Source: Escherichia phage ST0. Taken from it: DNA of 64,000 bases. The stretch lies in the sequence record MF044457, one strand, 5' to 3'. The notes under the pieces are model-generated. The model searched no databases. It was given only the letters and a program-made list of their open reading frames with translations, and had not been told where the DNA came from. Shown here one piece after another: positions 1 to 7,926 of this stretch (within the stretch, counting starts at the first letter, position 1; each line of letters begins with the position of its first letter). The position numbers were made by a program, and so were the translations under genes.

Positions 1-1
1 A

Positions 2-415
2 GAAGATGTAGTTCGACGTTGTAAGGTTGCGGTCTTTGCAGAGTATGTAGTAGCAAATTGGCTAGACGGATATGTTAATAAAGGTATTGAAGACGTAGAA
101 GACCCGTACACGTATGCATGGGACGTGTTAGCCCATCCCAAGTATTGTGGAATTCGTGTAGAAGTCAAGACACACCAGATAGATTCTAAATGGATTTCTG
201 TTACCACAGGATACAGTGGTGATTATCCAGGTGGCAACGGAATCAACATAGGGCCCTTCTTGAACCATCGAGTCGCAGATTGCATTATTATATTAGATGT
301 CAAAGAAACCTCACCTGACGTCTTCTCTTATTCTATAAAGTTCGTGGGAGACCATGAAGACCTAAAGAAAATCGTCCGCAAGAGCAACTACAACGGGTGG
401 TATCTTCAACTTTAA
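2..415 (+). CDS. hypothetical protein, 5' end outside window; possible PD-(D/E)xK nuclease-like core
   Basis: Frame is open from the window edge to the stop at 413-415; the pattern D...E-V-K (WDVLAHPK...IRVEVKT) resembles a restriction-endonuclease-like core; position is the ndd/denB-side accessory region of T4-like genomes. Confidence 0.4.
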   Translation, partial: EDVVRRCKVAVFAEYVVANWLDGYVNKGIEDVEDPYTYAWDVLAHPKYCGIRVEVKTHQIDSKWISVTTGYSGDYPGGNGINIGPFLNHRVADCIIILDVKETSPDVFSYSIKFVGDHEDLKKIVRKSNYNGWYLQL

Positions 416-427
416 TTTCATAAAAGT

Positions 428-464
428 GTTTACAACTAAGTAGGACTATGATATAGTAGTCCTA
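428..464 (+). promoter_or_regulatory. early sigma70-type promoter with dyad symmetry (PeSL-like)
   Basis: GTTTAC at 428-433, TATAGT about 18 nt downstream, 8-bp inverted repeat TAGGACTA/TAGTCCTA flanking the -10; about 20 nt upstream of the ORF starting at 484. Confidence 0.55.
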
Positions 465-483
465 TCTAAAAGAGGATAACATC

Positions 484-747
484 ATGAAATTTAAATTTTT
501 CTACGCAAAACATAAAGTAACAGGCGAATTTGTTTCAATGTACAACACTGCAGATGACGAAGGGATGATTTATACCCATTTGGGTCTATCTCATTGGGAC
601 TCAGACGTGCCTTATATGTCATCTGAAGCCGAAATAACTCGTCTGGTTAATGGACATATGAACGACCATTTTAGTGTTATTCTTTCTAAAGACCTTAAAG
701 AGGTTATCAACAAAGGATATATGGAACTCGCGGAAGTTGAGATATGA
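484..747 (+). CDS. hypothetical protein (87 aa)
   Basis: ORF preceded by promoter and Shine-Dalgarno AGAGGA; no recognisable motif. Confidence 0.5.
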   Translation: MKFKFFYAKHKVTGEFVSMYNTADDEGMIYTHLGLSHWDSDVPYMSSEAEITRLVNGHMNDHFSVILSKDLKEVINKGYMELAEVEI

Positions 748-939
748 GCTCTAAAATGTGGATCGGAATATGGTTGCTTAGTATCCCTATGATTTGTATA
801 GTATTTTCAATTGTATTGAGGTACTTATGAAAAATGCACTTATTATTGTACTAAGAACAATTTGTGATACGGGTTTTTACATCGCATGTTCGTTCACTGG
901 ATCATGGTTGGCTTTAACATATTTTAATGTAATTTAATT

Positions 940-977
940 GTTTACAACAAGGTAGGATTATGGTATAGTAGTCCTAC
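940..977 (+). promoter_or_regulatory. early promoter with dyad symmetry (PeSL-like)
   Basis: GTTTAC 940-945, TATAGT -10, inverted repeat GTAGGA/TCCTAC flanking the -10. Confidence 0.55.
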
Positions 978-997
978 TGAAACATGAGGAACACAAA

Positions 998-1198
998 ATG
1001 GCTAAGCTTTTTAAAGATGTTGAAATTGGTGAAAAATTTGTTCTGAATAATGGTCAGCAGCTTATTCGTGTAGCTTCTATCGCCGGACAAACTCATAACT
1101 GTATCGCCCCAACGTGTTGGACTCGATTCTTTATTGAAGATGACACTGAATGTTTAACTGTTGAAGAGCTTTTTGAACGTTCTGATATAGCCGAATAA
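998..1198 (+). CDS. hypothetical protein (66 aa)
   Basis: ORF with SD GAGGAA upstream; occupies an ndd.x-type position. Confidence 0.5.
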   Translation: MAKLFKDVEIGEKFVLNNGQQLIRVASIAGQTHNCIAPTCWTRFFIEDDTECLTVEELFERSDIAE

Positions 1199-1200
1199 AA

Positions 1201-1236
1201 TTGTACAAACTCTTGAGAGCAGAGTATAATGCTCTC
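1201..1236 (+). promoter_or_regulatory. early promoter with dyad symmetry around TATAAT
   Basis: TTGTAC -35-like, TATAAT at 1225-1230, inverted repeat GAGAGCA/TGCTCTC bracketing the -10; upstream of ndd. Confidence 0.55.
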
Positions 1237-1274
1237 ATGGATTACAAAAACATTAATCAATTGAGGAAATTAGC

Positions 1275-1721
1275 ATGTCCAAATATTTAACTCGTAAAGA
1301 CCTTCTGGCAGTTGGCGGTGAAGTTGTTGCAGTAGTTCGTAATGGCGAATACGGTTCTGAAGTTTCTAAAGAGTTTCGTTCTCGTGAAGGTTTTTACTTC
1401 TTTGTTAAAGGTTCATCTGACTGGCGTCAAGTTGCAGCACGATTCTTTGTAGGACGTCAACGTTCTAAACAAGGGTTGGATGCAATTCTTTCTCACATTC
1501 GTCAAGGCCGTTCGCAACTAGCCCGTACTATGGGCACTAACAATATTGAATATGATGTAATCTTTGTTGCAGCTAAGAACATGAAACCCCTGACTACTGG
1601 TTATGGTAAAGGACAATTGGCTCTGGCATTCACTCGCAATCATACATCAGAATATCAAACACTCACTGAAATGAACCGTCTTCTGGCAGATAATTTCAAA
1701 TTCGTTCTGCAGAGTTACTAA
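1275..1721 (+). CDS. ndd: nucleoid disruption protein Ndd
   Basis: 148 aa; recalled T4 Ndd similarity ([64 protein letters not shown]). Confidence 0.9.
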   Translation: MSKYLTRKDLLAVGGEVVAVVRNGEYGSEVSKEFRSREGFYFFVKGSSDWRQVAARFFVGRQRSKQGLDAILSHIRQGRSQLARTMGTNNIEYDVIFVAAKNMKPLTTGYGKGQLALAFTRNHTSEYQTLTEMNRLLADNFKFVLQSY

Positions 1722-1729
1722 TTTATACG

Positions 1730-1750
1730 GGCCTATTAAGTTAGGCCTTT
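1730..1750 (+). terminator. rho-independent terminator-like hairpin after ndd
   Basis: GGCCTA-loop-TAGGCC stem followed by a T-rich run. Confidence 0.5.
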
Positions 1751-1773
1751 AATTTATTTTTGAGGTAATTAAA

Positions 1774-1923
1774 ATGGTAGCATGGATTATTGCATTGCTG
1801 TGTTGGTCGTTTTTATTCGTTAACACTTTAGTTACAGGCGAAACAACAGTATTTCAACAGGCTGTGTCACAAGGTACCTTAGCGGTCTTAGCTCTTCTTA
1901 ACGTATTAAAAGGCGAGCAATGA
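1774..1923 (+). CDS. small hydrophobic membrane peptide (49 aa), possibly ac-like
   Basis: ORF MVAWIIALLCWSFLFVNTLVTGE... with a predicted transmembrane segment, SD GAGG upstream; in the ac/52.1 position between ndd and gene 52. Confidence 0.35.
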   Translation: MVAWIIALLCWSFLFVNTLVTGETTVFQQAVSQGTLAVLALLNVLKGEQ

Positions 1924-2060
1924 TTAAGAAAATCTTAGCAGGAGCCTTCGGGCTCTTGTTTTTGCTTACGGTTCTGTACTACGGTGTGATGTTTGGGCTA
2001 ATCCAAGTAGTGCTTTTCATTTCAGATGTTATAATGGTTATTCGTTCATTAATATGGTGA
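1920..2060 (+). CDS. small hydrophobic membrane peptide (46 aa), possibly 52.1-like
   Basis: ORF MIKKILAGAFGLLFLLTVLYYGVMFGL...; start overlaps the previous stop (ATGA), consistent with translational coupling. Confidence 0.3.
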   Translation: MIKKILAGAFGLLFLLTVLYYGVMFGLIQVVLFISDVIMVIRSLIW

Positions 2061-2064
2061 AAAT

Positions 2065-3390
2065 ATGCAATTGAATTCTCGTAATCTAAAAAGTATTATT
2101 GATAACGAAGCCTTAGCATATGCGATGTACACCGTTGAAAACCGTGCAATCCCAAACATGATTGATGGATTTAAGCCGGTTCAACGTTTTGTGGTTCATC
2201 GTGCGTTAGATTTGGCTCGTGGTAATAAAGAAAAATTTCATAAACTTGCGTCAATTGCAGGAGGTGTTGCAGATTTAGGTTATCATCATGGCGAATCTTC
2301 TGCACAAGATGCAGGTGCATTGATGGCTAACACATGGAACAACAACTATCCGTTGTTAGATGGCCAAGGCAACTTTGGTTCTAGAACAGTCCAAAAAGCT
2401 GCAGCATCTCGTTATATTTTTGCTCGTGTAAGTAAAAATTTCTATAACGTATATAAAGATACTGAATATGCTCCAGCTCATGAAGATAAAGAACACATTC
2501 CGCCAAAATTCTATCTTCCTATTATTCCGACAGTTCTTTTGAATGGCGTCTCCGGTATTGCAACCGGTTACGCAACAAATATTCTGCCTCATAGTTTTAA
2601 ATCAGTCAAAAAGGCTGTATTACAAGCTCTTCAAGGTAAAAATGTCACTAAGCCAAAAGTTGAATTCCCGGAATTCCGTGGTGAAGTACATGAAGTTGAT
2701 GGGCGTTATGAGATTCACGGAACATATAAGTTCACATCTCGCACTCAAATGCAGATAACTGAAATCCCATATAAATTCGACCGTGAAACGTATGTGAGTA
2801 AGGTTCTTGACCCGTTGGAAGACAAAGGTCTAATCTCATGGGAAGATGATTGTGGTGAACACGGCTTTGGGTTTAAGGTGAAGTTCCGTAAAGAGTACTC
2901 GCTTCCTGATGATGAAGAGCTACGTCATGAAAAAATCATGAAAGATTTTAGTCTCATCGAACGTCGTTCACAAAACATCACAGTGATTAATGAAAAGGGT
3001 AAATTAGCAGTCTACGATAACGTAGTGGACTTAATCAAAGATTTTGTTGAAGTCCGTAAGACTTACGTTCAGAAACGTATTGACAACAAAATCCTTGAAT
3101 CTGAAAAAGCGTTTAAACTTGCTTTTGCTAAGGCACACTTCATCAAAAAAGTTATTACAGGTGAAATTGTGATTCAGGGCAAGACTCGTAAAGCTTTGAC
3201 TGAAGAGCTAGCACAAATCGAAATGTATAAAGAACATGTCGATAAACTGGTAGGTCTTAACATCTTCCATATCACTTCCGACGAAGCACGTAAACTGGCA
3301 GAAGAAGCTAAAGCTAAGAAAGAAGAAAATGAGTATTGGAAGTCTACCGATGTTGTGACAGAGTACACTAAAGACTTGGAGGCACTTTGA
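2065..3390 (+). CDS. 52: DNA topoisomerase II medium subunit gp52
   Basis: 441 aa; recalled T4 gp52 similarity throughout, length matches T4 (442 aa). Confidence 0.95.
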   Translation: MQLNSRNLKSIIDNEALAYAMYTVENRAIPNMIDGFKPVQRFVVHRALDLARGNKEKFHKLASIAGGVADLGYHHGESSAQDAGALMANTWNNNYPLLDGQGNFGSRTVQKAAASRYIFARVSKNFYNVYKDTEYAPAHEDKEHIPPKFYLPIIPTVLLNGVSGIATGYATNILPHSFKSVKKAVLQALQGKNVTKPKVEFPEFRGEVHEVDGRYEIHGTYKFTSRTQMQITEIPYKFDRETYVSKVLDPLEDKGLISWEDDCGEHGFGFKVKFRKEYSLPDDEELRHEKIMKDFSLIERRSQNITVINEKGKLAVYDNVVDLIKDFVEVRKTYVQKRIDNKILESEKAFKLAFAKAHFIKKVITGEIVIQGKTRKALTEELAQIEMYKEHVDKLVGLNIFHITSDEARKLAEEAKAKKEENEYWKSTDVVTEYTKDLEAL

Positions 3391-3466
3391 GTGCCCTAGC
3401 CTTAGGATTTCTCGGTGCAATAGCTGCACTAGTGATTTGGCTGTATTGGTTGGACAAACATGATTA

Positions 3467-3487
3467 GGGAGCTTCGGCTCCCTTTTG
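3467..3487 (+). terminator. rho-independent terminator
   Basis: GGGAGC-TTCG-GCTCCC hairpin followed by TTTT. Confidence 0.7.
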
Positions 3488-3507
3488 TGCATTTTTCTCG
3501 CAAAACA

Positions 3508-3536
3508 GTTTACATGTGCTTCAAACATGATATTAT
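3508..3536 (+). promoter_or_regulatory. early promoter (GTTTAC, 17-nt spacer, TATTAT)
   Basis: GTTTAC at 3508-3513, TATTAT at 3531-3536; the roughly 70-bp promoter-to-ATG cassette is nearly identical to the one at 3829-3897. Confidence 0.65.
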
Positions 3537-3575
3537 AGACCTATCAAAACAAAACAACCAAATTGGAGAAATAAA

Positions 3576-3791
3576 ATGTCTAAAATGAAATTAACCCAAA
3601 ACACAACTACTCGTTTTGGTAAAGTTAAACCTGGTATGAATGCTCCCCGTAAAGCACTTGTTGAAGAATTAAATTTCTTAGAAGTTGAAATCAATTCTTT
3701 AGTGGTTCGCGGTTCAAATGGTCATCATTTAGAAAAGCTTCGTTCTAAAAAGGCAAAACTTATTGGCCTTATTAAAGAAATGAGTTTGTAA
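3576..3791 (+). CDS. hypothetical basic protein (71 aa)
   Basis: ORF with SD GGAGAA and upstream early promoter. Confidence 0.5.
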   Translation: MSKMKLTQNTTTRFGKVKPGMNAPRKALVEELNFLEVEINSLVVRGSNGHHLEKLRSKKAKLIGLIKEMSL

Positions 3792-3828
3792 ATTTTACCA
3801 GGGCTTTTGAAAAAGAGCCCAAAATAAA

Positions 3829-3857
3829 GTTTACTTTTGCTTCAAACATGATATTAT
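3829..3857 (+). promoter_or_regulatory. early promoter (GTTTAC, 17-nt spacer, TATTAT) upstream of motA
   Basis: GTTTAC 3829-3834, TATTAT 3852-3857; near-duplicate of the 3508 cassette; preceded by hairpin GGGCTTTT...AAGAGCCC at 3801-3820. Confidence 0.65.
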
Positions 3858-3894
3858 AGACCTATCAAAACAAATACTAATTTGGAGAAATAAA

Positions 3895-4527
3895 ATGTCT
3901 AAAGTTACTTACATCATCAAAGCTTCTGAAAACGCTCTGAATGAAAAAACTGCTGCAATAATGGTTTATATCATTAAGAACAACTTCACCACTGCTGCCA
4001 ATGTCCGTGAAGCTCTGGAAGCGGAATACAATGCATCGGTTGTTAACTCTAACATTGGTGTATTGATTAAGAAAGGTTTAGTCGAAAAATCTGGTGATGG
4101 ACTTATAGCAACAGGCGAAGCAATGGATATTATCCAAAAAGCTGCAGACCTCTTTGCCCAAGAAAATGCTCCAGAACTTCTTCAGAAACGTAACACTAGA
4201 AAAGCACGTGGAGTTACTCCTGAAATGCATGAATTAGCAAACTTTGTTTTTGAAAATATTAAAGATAAAGTTGAAGTTAAAGAAATTGGTGAAAACCGTA
4301 GTAACTTGGAAGTTCGATTTGCAAAACGAGTTCTAGGTATTCGTCAGATCGAAATTCGTCGAAATGGTTCTCTTAGAATCTTTGCATACAACATGTCAGA
4401 AACCGAATCAAAGCTGTTTACTTCTCTTGAAAATGATGTTAAGATTAAGATCGGTGGTAAATATACTTACATTGACTTCCCTAATGTGTCCAAAGAAATC
4501 ATTACCCTTGTAACTAACGTACTGTGA
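3895..4527 (+). CDS. motA: middle-transcription activator MotA
   Basis: 210 aa; recalled T4 MotA similarity (MSKVTYIIKAS...NSNIGVLIKKGLVEKSGDGLI...AQENAPELL). Confidence 0.93.
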   Translation: MSKVTYIIKASENALNEKTAAIMVYIIKNNFTTAANVREALEAEYNASVVNSNIGVLIKKGLVEKSGDGLIATGEAMDIIQKAADLFAQENAPELLQKRNTRKARGVTPEMHELANFVFENIKDKVEVKEIGENRSNLEVRFAKRVLGIRQIEIRRNGSLRIFAYNMSETESKLFTSLENDVKIKIGGKYTYIDFPNVSKEIITLVTNVL

Positions 4528-4537
4528 GGAATACATA

Positions 4538-4882
4538 ATGAATAAGCTGAATATTATTAACGAACTTCGTAAATGTGCAGAACCTACTCAGGAAGGATGG
4601 GATATTTGGTACCACGGGGCTTATCTTGGAACTATAGTTAAAGTTAAAGCTGGGTTATATTTAATTATTCGCGAAAATTCTGAATTCCCTAATGGAGTAG
4701 CTCCTGGCGGTATACGTAAAAACTTTATGGCAGCGATCAGTTCATTTGTTGATGCCGCTTACGAAATCTATAAAGAAGATTATAAAGAATATCAGCAGTC
4801 ACAACCGGTTATTCGTTCGATTGGTGTAAATAAACAAGCACAAAAATCTATTTGGCAACGTATTAAGGAATGGTTTAAATGA
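4538..4882 (+). CDS. hypothetical protein (114 aa)
   Basis: ORF with SD; accessory island between motA and asiA. Confidence 0.5.
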   Translation: MNKLNIINELRKCAEPTQEGWDIWYHGAYLGTIVKVKAGLYLIIRENSEFPNGVAPGGIRKNFMAAISSFVDAAYEIYKEDYKEYQQSQPVIRSIGVNKQAQKSIWQRIKEWFK

Positions 4883-5340
4883 AATCATTTAAAGAACGTT
4901 TAGAGCTATTAGATTTGGCCTTGTCTCGTGAGACTCCTGAAAGTCTAGCAGAAAAATTCCAGTCCTACGGTTATAATTATTCTGCTGATGATATAATGAA
5001 TGAAGTTCCTGAAATCTGTTGGCAAACGTGCTATTGGAATAATGACCAAAAAGTTCAACGTGTTATAGTATGTGCAGCTAATAGGTTTAAATTGAAGAGT
5101 GGTGGAACTCTGGTTATTCCTGGAGTTCGTCATTACTCTAAAGATATGGCTGAAGTACTTGATATAGTTGGTCCTCAATTAGTCTCGCAACAAGTTTGTG
5201 GTGACGACCAAGGCTTTATCGACCAATACTCTAATTACTGGACTCGTGAAGAAGCAATGATTATTGCAACGTATGCTGGACAGGCACGTATTGAACGTGG
5301 CGGAAGTGAGAAAGAACTTTATTCAGAGGACCTTTATTAA
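4879..5340 (+). CDS. hypothetical protein (153 aa)
   Basis: ORF with ATGA start/stop overlap with the upstream ORF. Confidence 0.5.
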   Translation: MKSFKERLELLDLALSRETPESLAEKFQSYGYNYSADDIMNEVPEICWQTCYWNNDQKVQRVIVCAANRFKLKSGGTLVIPGVRHYSKDMAEVLDIVGPQLVSQQVCGDDQGFIDQYSNYWTREEAMIIATYAGQARIERGGSEKELYSEDLY

Positions 5341-5621
5341 TGAATATTAAACAACTCCAGAAAGATGCTATTGAATCACGTATCCAAGATATCAAACGTC
5401 TTAATCATATGATGGAAGAAAACTATGGTATGTATGCTAATCAGCCTGGTTGGGACGCTTTAGACCATCCTTATTTGGTTAATTTATGTAAAGGTGATAC
5501 GTTAGCAATTATTCGTGATGGGTTAAAACCTTTCTTGCGTGACATGTATATTAAAATGAACGAAGAAATTATTAGCTCGTTGCAATATCAATTAAGGAAA
5601 TTAGATGATAAGAATAATTGA
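5340..5621 (+). CDS. hypothetical protein (93 aa)
   Basis: ORF with TAATG overlap; position and size are compatible with an arn-type gene but I do not recognise the sequence. Confidence 0.45.
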   Translation: MNIKQLQKDAIESRIQDIKRLNHMMEENYGMYANQPGWDALDHPYLVNLCKGDTLAIIRDGLKPFLRDMYIKMNEEIISSLQYQLRKLDDKNN

Positions 5622-5823
5622 TTCTAAAGTAGATTATTTTAATTCTGTTAATGATAAGAATAAAGCTTTAATTCGCCACTTTATTACTGAGATGGGATAT
5701 ACTGACTCTAAAGATTTGAAAGAGCACATTATCGAATGTTCTGTGGCTAAAAAGTTTTCTTTTACCGATAAATGTTTAAATGAGGTTATAAATCATTATG
5801 AACAATCTTGTAGCAAAACATGA
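5605..5823 (+). CDS. hypothetical protein (72 aa)
   Basis: ORF in the same island. Confidence 0.4.
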   Translation: MIRIIDSKVDYFNSVNDKNKALIRHFITEMGYTDSKDLKEHIIECSVAKKFSFTDKCLNEVINHYEQSCSKT

Positions 5824-5906
5824 TTTCAATAAGGCTTCCGTCCATAAGGACAAGAAGAAATCAGAACTTCAATCTAAACGTAAACAAAAACATAAGGGTA
5901 AAGACT

Positions 5907-6206
5907 ATGCTTACTAAAATCAAAGAAAATCCTGCCACTGAACTTGTTATTCGTTGTGAAGAACTTGCAGAGCTTTATCAGGTTAACCGAGAAGTATATC
6001 GTAGTGTTGTTGCAGATATGGCAGACGAAGTATGTTCTCGTATTCCTTTTAGTGTTGATTTCAATCACATGAAGCCTGGTGAAATCACTATCGTCTTTGG
6101 TTCTGACTATACTGAAGAACGGGCTCTTAATGCCCTAGAATATGAAATGTCATTCTTCGACATACAGGACTACATTGATAGTTATAAGGAACGATATGAG
6201 TCATAA
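5907..6206 (+). CDS. hypothetical acidic protein (about 99 aa)
   Basis: Start chosen at the ATG preceded by SD TAAGGG; the track ORF begins at 5820, so the true start is ambiguous. Confidence 0.4.
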   Translation: MLTKIKENPATELVIRCEELAELYQVNREVYRSVVADMADEVCSRIPFSVDFNHMKPGEITIVFGSDYTEERALNALEYEMSFFDIQDYIDSYKERYES

Positions 6207-6357
6207 TCTTCAGAACGTAGTAGAGGCCGAACGTGAGCGTGAGGCTTTAGTCTATAATGAACTATTAGTTCAGTTCTTGGCCTTACACTCGTACGAACAG
6301 GAAGACTATACCAATTACGTTAAAAGCGTAGAAAAAGCCGTTTACAATCAACACTGA
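6196..6357 (+). CDS. hypothetical protein (about 53 aa)
   Basis: ATG preceded by SD AAGGAA; overlaps the 3' end of the previous ORF. Confidence 0.3.
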   Translation: MSHNLQNVVEAEREREALVYNELLVQFLALHSYEQEDYTNYVKSVEKAVYNQH

Positions 6358-6403
6358 TATTGGTACTATATCCATATCAACTAAGTGGAATGAATAAAAC
6401 GTT

Positions 6404-6676
6404 ATGAATAAAGACATTGAAATCGTACGTGAAATTATTACTATTGCTTCTATTTTGATTAAATTCTCTAGGGAAGATATTGTTGAAGACCGAGCAAGTT
6501 TCATCGGATTCTTGAATGAGATTGGAATTAAAAAAGATGGTCGGCAGCTAAATCAGAATTCGTTTAGAAAACTAATTACAAATTTAACTGCCGAAGAAAA
6601 GAAAACACTGATTAGTGAATTCAATGAAGGTTTTGAAAATATTTATCGTCATTTAGCGATGTATTCTAACAACTAA
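6404..6676 (+). CDS. asiA: anti-sigma70 factor AsiA
   Basis: 90 aa; recalled T4 AsiA similarity (VREIIT.ASILIKFSREDIVE.RA.FI.FLNEIG...LNQNSFRK...EFNEGFE). Confidence 0.95.
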   Translation: MNKDIEIVREIITIASILIKFSREDIVEDRASFIGFLNEIGIKKDGRQLNQNSFRKLITNLTAEEKKTLISEFNEGFENIYRHLAMYSNN

Positions 6677-7336
6677 TTATTTAGCCCTTCCTAGTATTCG
6701 GACCGCTTGGTTGCATATAGCCGCTAAGCGGTCTTCCTCAAGTATATTACTCCCCTTATACCAATACATCGTCACAGTTCCGGCATAGATGTTATCCAAA
6801 TTAAAGTATGGACAACTATACATATAAGAAAGTTCGGCAGTCTTAGATTTTGTAGGCAAAAATGCAAATTCTGATTTAGATGAGAAATGACGGCCACTTA
6901 AATGAATTATATATTCATTGGCCGTTTTATCCACCGGGAATCCGCCAAGGGACTTTTCAGAAATTGTGCTAGGTAGTTTGCCTTCATAAGCTATAAGGTC
7001 GACGAAATAATTTAAGTTTTTAGGTCTGAAAGAATACACAGCACTAAAATCCGCACCAGATGAGATATGAACTATTTGCAGTTGTTCTAGAGCCGCAGAT
7101 TCAAAACGTAAAGCTCGTTCTTTTTGGATTATTTCAGTATAAGTATCATACTTAGCTCTTACATAATAATCCAGCAAAATACTTCCTTTGTACCATATTA
7201 GTGCCATTAGGAACAAAAGAATAATTACCGCTACTCGGGACATTAAAACCTTTCCAGTAGCGTTATCTTTGAAAATACGATCTAGCAACCCAAATAGAAT
7301 ATCACTAAGTGAAAATGATACTTTTGGTGTTGCCAT
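6677..7336 (-). CDS. t: holin T
   Basis: 219 aa; recalled T4 holin similarity (FSAVYSFRPKNLNYFVD.IAYEGKLPSTISEKSLGG.PVDKT, YMYSCPYFNLDNIYAGT.TMYW), N-terminal transmembrane segment. Confidence 0.95.
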   Translation of the reverse strand: MATPKVSFSLSDILFGLLDRIFKDNATGKVLMSRVAVIILLFLMALIWYKGSILLDYYVRAKYDTYTEIIQKERALRFESAALEQLQIVHISSGADFSAVYSFRPKNLNYFVDLIAYEGKLPSTISEKSLGGFPVDKTANEYIIHLSGRHFSSKSEFAFLPTKSKTAELSYMYSCPYFNLDNIYAGTVTMYWYKGSNILEEDRLAAICNQAVRILGRAK

Positions 7337-7345
7337 AATACCTCC

Positions 7346-7897
7346 TTACTTAAAGATATTTATAATCGCTTTGACAATAGATTTGTTTTCAAGGTCAGGG
7401 AATTTAGGGAATTCACCGCCAAGATGTTCATGCTTTTCTAAAAGGGCAAAGAATTTTTTGAGCTCTTTATATTTTCGTTTTTCTTCTCTATTAGCAACCT
7501 CTGCGTCAATAAGAGAATTTAAAACACTGAATAATTTATAGAGTTCATGAATTTTCTTATCACGTTGAACTACGCGTTTATATGCTTCATCTTCCTTCCA
7601 CCCGTCGCCGGTCCAAATGTCAAATTCACCAGGTTCTTCTGTAGTAACATTTTGAAGAGCACCTGGTGTGTCAATAACAATTTTTTGCTTATCATAAGTC
7701 CATACTGTTTTTCCACGATGGTCTTCAACATATACCCATTCTTGCTCGCGTTCGTCAAATATAACAGCATAGCCTTCTTTAGGGTCTAAAGGTTTTTTTG
7801 GTGTCGAATGAGCCGGAAATCCTACGCCTTTTAATGGTTTATAATTTTCTTCTTTGTAAAATTCTTTAGTGTCAAAATAATAGTGATAGAGTTTCAT
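7346..7897 (-). CDS. 38: gp38, T4-type tail-fibre assembly chaperone (183 aa)
   Basis: Recalled T4 gp38 similarity (M.YHYYFDTKEFYKEENYKP...EKHEHLGGEFP); length is that of the T4 chaperone form, not the longer T2-type adhesin. Confidence 0.9.
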   Translation of the reverse strand: MKLYHYYFDTKEFYKEENYKPLKGVGFPAHSTPKKPLDPKEGYAVIFDEREQEWVYVEDHRGKTVWTYDKQKIVIDTPGALQNVTTEEPGEFDIWTGDGWKEDEAYKRVVQRDKKIHELYKLFSVLNSLIDAEVANREEKRKYKELKKFFALLEKHEHLGGEFPKFPDLENKSIVKAIINIFK

Positions 7898-7926
7898 ATT
7901 ATAAAAGGGACAGAAGTCCCTTCTCC

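Noticed and set aside
2356-2592. 78-aa minus-strand ORF inside gene 52
   Set aside because: Antisense to a well-supported conserved gene, no ribosome-binding site and low-complexity translation; typical spurious ORF.
3387-3467. 26-codon TTG-initiated hydrophobic peptide between the gene 52 stop and its terminator
   Set aside because: Non-ATG start, no convincing Shine-Dalgarno, and it overlaps the terminator hairpin; cannot be supported without expression data.
7188-7541. 117-aa plus-strand ORF spanning the t/38 junction
   Set aside because: Antisense to holin t and gp38, both confidently identified.
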